Shown: positions 47,600 through 54,693 of the stretch, one piece after another | Position numbering within the stretch: the stretch's first letter is position 1 | Layout: each line of letters begins with the position of its first letter | NCBI GenBank assembly: GCA_964641015.1 | Contig: CAZXJN010000005.1 | Coordinates: 1 to 54,693 of the forward strand | Direction of reading: 5' to 3' | Length of the DNA: 54,693 nt | Origin: an uncultured Candidatus Saccharibacteria bacterium | GTDB taxonomy: Bacteria > Patescibacteriota > Saccharimonadia > Saccharimonadales > JACDBH01 | Position numbers and translations under genes: made by a program | The notes under the pieces: model-generated | Database searches by the model: none | The model's input: the letters and a program-made list of their open reading frames with translations, nothing else | What the model was told of the DNA's origin: nothing

Positions 47600-47627
47600 A
47601 CCTCGCTTTAAAAAGTGAGGTTTTTTT
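47600..47627 (+). terminator. Intrinsic terminator of the tRNA locus
   Basis: ACCTCGCTTT-aa-AAAGTGAGGT followed by a T tract. Confidence 0.8.
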
Positions 47628-48279
47628 AATTTTGATTTGTCATAATTTCCCGCAGCTTGCGGCGGGCCCGATGAAGCCTCACCTTCGCGGCTGTTTCGGA
47701 TATACCCAGCTCCTTTGCAATATCTGCGTGTGTAAGATCGTAAATATCCCGTAGTACCACCACCTTTCTAAGGTTTGGCCTGAGCGACTGGAGTGCAGCC
47801 TGAAGCTTTCTTTGAAGCATAGAATTTTCTGCCGCTTCTTCTTCACCGCCCGATATTCCAAAAGTTTTCTCGGGGACATCATCGAAGTCTGCGTGAGAGT
47901 GGCGTTTTCTTTTTTTATAATGGTTGCTTGATGTGTTGGCCACAATCCTATACATCCAGGTGGAAAATTCAGATTCACTCCTGAATTTGGGCAATCCCTG
48001 CCAGGCCCTGCGGTATGACTCTTGCAATACATCTTCGGCATCAGCATCATTTTCAGCTAGCCTGCGCGCAAGGGTGTAGACATCACGAAAAGTAAGGCGC
48101 ACCACTTCATCAAACTCACTGCGGGCGGCCTGTTTGTAGTGCTCGCTCTGCGCAAGGTCAGAAGCCTCTATGCAAGCCTGTTCCTGCGCAAGATTTTCTT
48201 GGGCCGAGGCAACAAGCTGCCTTACTCTCTGCTTTTCTGCTGACTCTGGGCCAGCCTTCGGATAACTAGCTTCTGACAT
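47626..48279 (-). CDS. ECF (sigma-24/RpoE-type) sigma factor
   Basis: DAEDVLQESY..AW, FSTWMYRIV.N (region 2); VVVLRDI..LT..DIA..LGISETAAKVRLHRAR (region 4). Confidence 0.93.
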   Translation of the reverse strand: MSEASYPKAGPESAEKQRVRQLVASAQENLAQEQACIEASDLAQSEHYKQAARSEFDEVVRLTFRDVYTLARRLAENDADAEDVLQESYRRAWQGLPKFRSESEFSTWMYRIVANTSSNHYKKRKRHSHADFDDVPEKTFGISGGEEEAAENSMLQRKLQAALQSLRPNLRKVVVLRDIYDLTHADIAKELGISETAAKVRLHRARRKLREIMTNQN

Positions 48280-48313
48280 AAACCATTATTTTAGAATAAA
48301 TCCTGACACTTTT

Positions 48314-48847
48314 CTAGAGTTCGAAATCCAGCGGATTAACCGGTTCCCACTTCGGTAGAATTGAATCAAACAAATACAGGCAAATATCCTTGGTGCCGGG
48401 AAATATCTGCTCATCAGTCATGCGGGCGATCTCGCTTCTCGTAAACAGCTGCAGGCTTTGTGACTCTCCCTCAGCAATCAGGCCCCAAGGCTCTTCCGCC
48501 GTTACAAAAGCATAATCGAGCACCGTATGAAAGTGCGTATTATCAAACGGATGGGTATTTATACTTGCTGGCTGCGGATGAACGACCGCCAGCGAGATTT
48601 TCTCAATCCGGTCCTTTGGCTGCAGTACCCTCAGCTGCGCGAGTTCATAGCCTGACTCCTCGCTCACTTCATGGTCAATTGACTGCCAGGGCGTCTCATC
48701 AAGTTCTACGTGGCCGCCAAACTGCAACCACTTGTTCAGCTTTTTATGCATATGCAAAAGCAGTTTTGGCTGATCAAAATCAGTACGGAATATATACGCA
48801 CCTACGGTTAAATCGTGCTGTCCCGGCTCCTGGTGTATATGCGGCAT
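48314..48847 (-). CDS. NUDIX hydrolase
   Basis: LHMHKKL..W..FGGHVELDETPWQSI.HEV.EESG. Confidence 0.88.
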   Translation of the reverse strand: MPHIHQEPGQHDLTVGAYIFRTDFDQPKLLLHMHKKLNKWLQFGGHVELDETPWQSIDHEVSEESGYELAQLRVLQPKDRIEKISLAVVHPQPASINTHPFDNTHFHTVLDYAFVTAEEPWGLIAEGESQSLQLFTRSEIARMTDEQIFPGTKDICLYLFDSILPKWEPVNPLDFEL

Positions 48848-49013
48848 ACTATGAATTATATCTGTTATGTTCGTCTTTTGAACTAGTTTGTAGACAAAAA
48901 TACTTTAAAATGTTGCATATAAACCTTATAATCAAGTACAGTACGAGAAGATATAAGGGTGTGCTGGCAGATTTTTCAGTATAAACCGCACCTACCAGAG
49001 GGAATAACAAACC

Positions 49014-50063
49014 ATGGGATTGTTCGATAAAATCAAAGACAACGCTCGGGACCTAAGCATGAAGGCTCTGGAGGCCACGCGCGAGTATGACGAAGATTAT
49101 AAACCAGCAGAACAGCAAAAGCCCCAAGAGCCTACCCCTGCAGAACCCCCCGCTCCAGAGATCGCACCAGCTGAGGTCGAACAGCCGCCGGTAGAGGATG
49201 AGCTGAATTTCATAGACGAACCCCTTGATCAGCTTGCCGAAGAGGTAAATTCCAAATCAGCTGAAGAAACCTCAGAAAAAACACCTGTCCGCACCTCTAA
49301 AGTAACCGAAATGTCCAAAGAAGAGCACGAAAAAGCTGAGAAGAAAAAGCGTCAGGAAAAAGCAAAGCAAGCTGCCAAAGAGCGTTTAGCTAAATCGTAT
49401 GTTCCCTCATACAAACAAGCCGATGCTGCCAAATCTGAAAAGGCAGATGATACCAAAGAGCCAAAGGCCGGCAAAGACGACAAGAAAATTAAAGTCACCA
49501 AGTCGGCCCAAAAGCCAGCCGCGCCACCAAGGGTCGGCGTTGGTATTGTCGATGTCGCGCCTGGCAAATTTGTAGACCCGGCAAAAAGAGCAATGTACGC
49601 CCGCGAGCGCGCCGCCCTCAACGCATTGGCATCCCAGCGCAAGCTAAATGGCACTGTGCCGCTGTACACCGCCATTCATATGAACTTCAAAACCCGCGTA
49701 TTTATCAACCGCATAGAATACAGCGGCAGTTTTGGCAAAAACGTAATACCTATCGAGCAGGTTGCGTGGGTCAAACTCCGACACGAGGGCACTGGCGTGA
49801 TTATCGAGACCACCGAGGGCAAGCGAGTGGTAATGGTGGTCAAACAAGCTGACCGCCTGGCGTTTGCCGACGCAGTCCTCAAGGTTCAAGCTATGCAGCC
49901 CAAGAAAGGCAAATTCCGCGACACCAAGACCGTGCGTATTGACGAGCTGGAAAAATTCGGCGAGGGCATTGATGAGATTGAGAAACTGGCCAAGTTGTTT
50001 GACAAGGGAATCCTAAGCCAAGAAGAATTCGACCTCAAGAAAAAACAAATCCTCGGCATATAA
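49014..50063 (+). CDS. SHOCT-domain protein with low-complexity N-terminus and PH-like domain
   Basis: C-terminal DEIEKLAKLFDKGILSQEEFDLKKKQILG; Glu/Lys/Pro-rich N-terminal half. Confidence 0.8.
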   Translation: MGLFDKIKDNARDLSMKALEATREYDEDYKPAEQQKPQEPTPAEPPAPEIAPAEVEQPPVEDELNFIDEPLDQLAEEVNSKSAEETSEKTPVRTSKVTEMSKEEHEKAEKKKRQEKAKQAAKERLAKSYVPSYKQADAAKSEKADDTKEPKAGKDDKKIKVTKSAQKPAAPPRVGVGIVDVAPGKFVDPAKRAMYARERAALNALASQRKLNGTVPLYTAIHMNFKTRVFINRIEYSGSFGKNVIPIEQVAWVKLRHEGTGVIIETTEGKRVVMVVKQADRLAFADAVLKVQAMQPKKGKFRDTKTVRIDELEKFGEGIDEIEKLAKLFDKGILSQEEFDLKKKQILGI

Positions 50064-50288
50064 GTCTAGACTTTATCGTTTTCCTTTGGTCCAGGGCTTG
50101 TCTGATTTTCTTGTGGCCAATAACCAGGACATATCTTCTTCCAATGAAGAAGCAAATTCTTTTTTTGACCGACAAAAAGCTAAGCTTTTTTTAAAACCAG
50201 TTTCAACCACGGCCGCAGGCCGTGCCCGACCAGTATTTTTGGTTCGGCAAAAATACTGGACAAAGCCGGGGTTAAGACAAAAGCAGAA

Positions 50289-50308
50289 GCCGCCAGAAAC
50301 CTGGCGGC
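50289..50308 (-). terminator. Hairpin terminator after the small ORF
   Basis: GCCGCCAG-N4-CTGGCGGC followed on the minus strand by TTCTGCTTTT. Confidence 0.6.
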
Positions 50309-50370
50309 AACTTTATTAAATGGCCTAGGCCGCATTTCCTATCTCATATCTCTTAACTCATAGCTCAGTG

Positions 50371-50454
50371 CTACAGGTTAGCAAGCTCTGTATCAAGTGC
50401 CAGCAGCTCTGCATTGTTTGTTGGCAGCAGCTCGAAGTCTAGTCCGATTTTCAT
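50371..50454 (-). CDS. 27-aa acidic small protein (not in ORF track)
   Basis: MKIGLDFELLPTNNAELLALDTELANL; SD AAGGGG; own promoter and terminator. Confidence 0.6.
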   Translation of the reverse strand: MKIGLDFELLPTNNAELLALDTELANL

Positions 50455-50505
50455 AACTGTTCCCCTTGTTTATTTTTATATGTTTATTTGTCAGTCAATA
50501 GCTAC

Positions 50506-50534
50506 ATTGTAGCGTACTTTTGCTGATTTGTCAA
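50506..50534 (-). promoter_or_regulatory. sigma70 promoter of the 27-aa ORF
   Basis: Minus strand TTGACA(50534-50529)-17 nt-TACAAT(50511-50506). Confidence 0.75.
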
Positions 50535-50778
50535 CAATGCATATGCTTATTCAACCTTCCGCCCCTGTTTTTTAGTTTGCGCTTTTTTATTTATCATGCT
50601 TTACTTAGGATGCAGGTACTAATCTGTCGTAAGCGAGTCAAAGAAAGTTCAGCCACGAGCAGTTAACGCCGGGTCAGAGTTCGGACAAAGTAAGACGGAA
50701 ATAATAAAGGTCGAATTGTTACCCTGCGTTAACAACTTAGCTACTGCTCAAAGCCCTCGAGGCCTAGGGTCGTAGCAC

Positions 50779-50909
50779 CACTGTGAAGCGGCTCTTTTGA
50801 GCCAAGGGTAGTTTTCTGATCATCGGAGCACTATTTCGGAGACGTATTTATTATACGATGGAGAAATATCTCCGAATGAGCAGGAAACTACCACTCTCAA
50901 AAGAGCCGC
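50779..50909 (+). ncRNA. Candidate structured 5' leader of the RRM gene (homolog of the yebC leader)
   Basis: 14-bp stem GCGGCTCTTTTGAG/CTCAAAAGAGCCGC; GGTAGTTT/AAACTACC; TATTTC/GAAATA; CGTAT/ATACG. Confidence 0.6.
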
Positions 50910-50933
50910 GCGCACATATAAGTAAGGAAAAGA

Positions 50934-51230
50934 ATGTACAAATTGTTTGTAGGCGGTCTACCTTTTGCAACAACCGAAGATGAGCTTCGCGATGTATTCG
51001 CAGCTCACGGTGCAGTTGCATCAGCAGTAGTCGTCAAAGACCGCGACACCGGTCGCAGCAAAGGTTTTGGCTTCGTCGAGTTTGAAAACGATGACGAAGG
51101 CAAGGCAGCCGAGAAAGCCCTCAACGGCTCTGACCTCGCCGGCCGCTCTATCACCGTGAACGAAGCTCGTCCACGCGAAGAGCGCCCTCGCCGCGATTTT
51201 AATGGTGGCGGCAACAACCGCAGCTGGTAA
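50934..51230 (+). CDS. Single-RRM RNA-binding protein (Rbp type)
   Basis: RNP2 LFVGGL, RNP1 KGFGFVEF, ITVNEARP, RG-rich tail. Confidence 0.95.
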   Translation: MYKLFVGGLPFATTEDELRDVFAAHGAVASAVVVKDRDTGRSKGFGFVEFENDDEGKAAEKALNGSDLAGRSITVNEARPREERPRRDFNGGGNNRSW

Positions 51231-51254
51231 TTAACTTACCCGTAGCGAATCACT

Positions 51255-51292
51255 ACAGCACCCTCTGTAAAACTATGGAGGGTGTTGTTTTT
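51255..51292 (+). terminator. Intrinsic terminator after the RRM gene
   Basis: ACAGCACCCTC...GAGGGTGTTGT followed by a T tract. Confidence 0.75.
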
Positions 51293-51313
51293 TGTCAAAC
51301 TGCTTGTGGTAAA

Positions 51314-53923
51314 ATGACCGCAGACGTTTTATCAGGTAAAGCTGCAAGGATTACGGTGGGCACTACACAAAAACACATATATAATCTGGAAATCGAAGAC
51401 ACGCTCCTGAAGCTAGGGACAGGTCACAGCGGCATTAGCCAGGCAGAGGCAACCAAGCGTCTGAAGCTGCATGGCCGAAACGAACTCAGTGTAAAAAAAA
51501 CCCCGCTCTGGAAGCGCATTGTTGAGCCGTTTACCAGCTACTTTGTAATCGTCATTATTTTTGCCGCCATCCTGAGTATGCTCAAGCAGGAATGGTTTGA
51601 GGCCGCTATCATCAGCGTTATCGTGGTGGTAAATGCGCTGATTTATTATTTTCAACAATTTTCTGCCAGTCGTGCTGTCAAGGCCTTGATGTCGCAAGAT
51701 CGTCAGAAGGTTGCGGTGCTCCGCCCAAATAATAAAGATGATCTGCAATATATAGAAGAGCTTGTGCCTGGGGATGTAGTTCGCATTCACGAGGGCATGA
51801 AAATCCCGGCGGATGGCCGGGTAATTCAGGCAAACCATATTCAGATTGATGAATCCATGCTGACTGGCGAATCGCTGCCTGTCCATAAGCATGGCTCTGC
51901 TGTCAGAGGCACAAAGCAGATTTATGATCAGGGAAATATGCTGTTTAAGGGCACTTACGTACACGGCGGCAGTGGTTTGATGGTGGTTACCGATACAGGA
52001 AACAATACTCAGCTCGGTGAAATTAATACGCTTGCCGCCGAAGCCGACACAGGCAAAACCCCTATTCAGCACAAGATAGATGATTTGACCAAGAAGCTGC
52101 TCATTGGGATTAGCATTGTGACCGCCTCTGTATTTGCCCTGGCGCTCTACAGAGGGCTGGAGTTTTCTGAAGCGCTGAAGTTTACCGTGGCACTAGCAGT
52201 GTCAGCCGTACCAGAAGGCCTGCCCGTAGCCATGACCTTGGTACTTCTCATAAGCGCACGGCGTATGGCCAAGCAAAAAGCACTGGTTCGTAAGATTTCT
52301 GCAATGGAAACAATGGGTGCAGTCACTATGATTGCCACCGACAAAACAGGCACTATCACCAAAAACAAGCTCACCGTAGCTGACAGCTACAGCGCCCACT
52401 CCGATAAGCGGGTGTTTCATCAGAATATGCTTGCCAGCCTGAATGGTGAAAACGGCCGTTCGGATGATCCGCTTGATCAGATATTATTCAATACCATAAA
52501 AAAGACCTCGCTGCCCAAGGGATGGAAAAAAGTAAAGGAATTTCCCTTTAATCAGCAACTGCGCCTGAGCGGTATAGTCTGGCAGACTGACAGCGGCGAA
52601 CACTGGCTGTATGTTAAAGGCGCTCCGGAGCAGATTATGTTCCACTGCCGCAGCAAGGAGACCAAGGCAGCAATGCAGGCTGCCAAAACCGAGCTCGAAC
52701 ACTTTACCACAAAGGGTTATCGGACTATTGGTTTTGCGATGAAAAAGCTCAGTCGACCACCAGAAAAGCTCAACCACGACGCGCTGACACGTATGACATT
52801 CAATGGCTTTGTCGGCCTGAGCGACCAGCTGCGCCCGCGTGTCAAACGCTCGATCGCAGAAGCACAGGCAGCCGGCATCAAAGTGGTTATGCTGACGGGC
52901 GACCATGTACAAACTGCGGGGTACATCGCATCTCAGGTAGGTATTGCCCGAAAAAGTTCGGAGATTTCTGACAGCTCGCTGCTCGATACTGAAAGCCCTG
53001 AAAAGATTTGGGAAACACTAGGCGACATCAAAGTGTTTGGTCGAGTACTGCCTAAGCATAAACATGCTTTGCTCAAGGCGGTCAAAGGCCACGAAATTAC
53101 TGCCATGACAGGTGACGGCGTCAATGATATTCCTGCGCTTGTCGAGGCCGATGCGGGGCTTGCGATGGGGTCCGGCACAGATGCCGCCAAAGATTCGAGT
53201 GACATTGTGCTGACCAATAGCAATTTTCACACTATTGTTAACACGGTGCGAGCTGGGCGCACAGTGCTTGCCAATATCAGAAAGATGGTGGTGTACCTGC
53301 TTGCAACCAGCGGCGGCGAAGTACTAACCATGCTGACTGCACTGCTGCTTGGTATCCCGCTGCCAATTACTGCCGTGATGGTAATCTGGGTTAATCTTGT
53401 GACTGATGGCATTGCGGTCATACCGCTCGGACTCAGCCCTGCTGAATCACATCACATGCAGCAACCGCCACGACACCCCAAAGCGCCGCTACTGGACAGA
53501 GCCATGCTTAGCCGCGCCATACTGCTCGCCACAGCCCTGGCGGCCTGTACTCTGCTAATATTTAAGCTCAACCTAGACAAAGGCCACGCCTATGCCCAGA
53601 CATCGGCTTTCTTAGGAATCATCGTGGTCCAGTGGGCTAATGCTCTTAACATGAATTTTGAATTCAAGTCCTGGGTCTACAACTTCATCAAACCCAATTA
53701 CAAGCTGCTGATAGCTATAGGCGCATCCATCCTGATAAATATAATTGTCTTCTGCACCCCTGTCCGTAAGTACTTCGGCCTTGAAGTACTGGAGGCGTCT
53801 GACGCTCTACTGGCAATAATGTTCCCAACGGTAGTCGCCCTTGTAGTTAGCGATACGCACAAGATATTCATAGACCGTCTGCGAATCAGACGGCTTAAAC
53901 GGCCTAAAAAATACGCCCAATAG
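51314..53923 (+). CDS. Type II (Ca2+-like) cation-transporting P-type ATPase; start uncertain
   Basis: TGES, PEGL, DKTGT, KGAPE, MLTGD, GDGVND, TM6 WVNLVTD. Confidence 0.95.
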   Translation: MTADVLSGKAARITVGTTQKHIYNLEIEDTLLKLGTGHSGISQAEATKRLKLHGRNELSVKKTPLWKRIVEPFTSYFVIVIIFAAILSMLKQEWFEAAIISVIVVVNALIYYFQQFSASRAVKALMSQDRQKVAVLRPNNKDDLQYIEELVPGDVVRIHEGMKIPADGRVIQANHIQIDESMLTGESLPVHKHGSAVRGTKQIYDQGNMLFKGTYVHGGSGLMVVTDTGNNTQLGEINTLAAEADTGKTPIQHKIDDLTKKLLIGISIVTASVFALALYRGLEFSEALKFTVALAVSAVPEGLPVAMTLVLLISARRMAKQKALVRKISAMETMGAVTMIATDKTGTITKNKLTVADSYSAHSDKRVFHQNMLASLNGENGRSDDPLDQILFNTIKKTSLPKGWKKVKEFPFNQQLRLSGIVWQTDSGEHWLYVKGAPEQIMFHCRSKETKAAMQAAKTELEHFTTKGYRTIGFAMKKLSRPPEKLNHDALTRMTFNGFVGLSDQLRPRVKRSIAEAQAAGIKVVMLTGDHVQTAGYIASQVGIARKSSEISDSSLLDTESPEKIWETLGDIKVFGRVLPKHKHALLKAVKGHEITAMTGDGVNDIPALVEADAGLAMGSGTDAAKDSSDIVLTNSNFHTIVNTVRAGRTVLANIRKMVVYLLATSGGEVLTMLTALLLGIPLPITAVMVIWVNLVTDGIAVIPLGLSPAESHHMQQPPRHPKAPLLDRAMLSRAILLATALAACTLLIFKLNLDKGHAYAQTSAFLGIIVVQWANALNMNFEFKSWVYNFIKPNYKLLIAIGASILINIIVFCTPVRKYFGLEVLEASDALLAIMFPTVVALVVSDTHKIFIDRLRIRRLKRPKKYAQ

Positions 53924-53973
53924 CTTCTACTAAACCAAGAAAAAGACCCCATCTTTCGATGAGGTGCTTTTCT

Positions 53974-54048
53974 TGGTTGCGGGGGCAGGACTCGAACCTG
54001 CGACCTTGTGGTTATGAGCCACACGAGCTGCCACTGCTCCACCCCGCG
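53974..54048 (-). tRNA. Initiator tRNA-fMet(CAT)
   Basis: C1:A72 mismatch, A11:U24, CTCATAA loop, encoded CCA; 75 nt. Confidence 0.93.
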
Positions 54049-54693
54049 TCATTATGCTGCAAACGATGTGGTTTTTTCATGCCTAAAACCACTGGAGCAG
54101 ACTCTATATTATCCTAAGGAGTTAATTATGTCAATACACCCTTAACTGCACTGTGATTGCTAGCCCGTGAACGCCTTACAGAATCACCCCCCAGGGGGCA
54201 TCCTTGGCCTTGTCGGGCCATACAAACCTACCCTGATTCGGGTGTTTGTCAAAAATACAATAGACAGCGAGGTGCGAGCCTAAAATTCCTACCCAAAGTT
54301 AATATGGAATTTTATGGCCGACAGATGGGGAGTCTTCTGAGAATCGTTGCCTTTTGCGGGAGGTGCGGGAGCATCCGCCTGTGGGCCTGGGCATCAAATC
54401 GTTGCCTGATTTTGGGCGGTGTGGAAACGACAATAGACAGCCAGGGCGCTAGGGGATGAACTCCTAATATAAAACTTCATCCCCCGACCAAAGGGAGTCC
54501 GCCCTGGCATTGTCGTTTTTATCACCAGGCCAAGTCACGTGACGATTTGGCCCAGTGTTTTTTGGCTACTTTTCAACAAGGAAAAGTAGTAACTTGCTTC
54601 TTGGTTGCAAGAAGATGGAGTGATTTGGTTTCTTAGATAAGGAACATGGCTACTTTTTGCCGAATCAAAAAGTACGGGTCGAGCCAAGCTGTA

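Noticed and set aside
54157-54459. 100-aa plus-strand ORF
   Set aside because: TTG start, no RBS, atypical composition, and it overlaps a hairpin- and repeat-rich non-coding region.
1-54693. Autonomous mobile elements or prophage
   Set aside because: No integrase, transposase, relaxase or phage structural gene is recognisable in the window.

Overview
Core chromosomal segment of a small-genome bacterium, most consistent with Saccharibacteria/Patescibacteria. This is an inference from the secretin-less type IV pilus operon, short HrcA and TsaB, rny, CIRCE-controlled chaperones and near absence of biosynthetic genes. It carries rny, tsaBE, recA/recX, a pilB-pilC-pilin-pilMNO cluster, ruvABC, yebC, comEC, a RimK/ATP-grasp cluster, hrcA-grpE-dnaK-dnaJ, two guanylate-kinase-like genes, lepA, murJ, ftsH, tilS, an MFS/HxlR pair, an ECF sigma factor, an RRM protein, a P-type ATPase and tRNAs. 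No integrase, transposase or CRISPR array was seen. The most unusual signals are non-coding. (1) At 47252-47529 a tRNA(CAU) gene is split into three pieces by two structured inserts, and the first insert contains a second complete tRNA-Met. (2) A ~130-nt structured leader with compensatory changes is shared by yebC and the RRM gene. (3) A uORF upstream of dnaJ repeats the DnaJ N-terminus, and the dnaK Shine-Dalgarno is separated from its start codon by a looped-out domain. Several small ORFs missed by the ORF track are also supported. All structure calls were made by eye, without computation.
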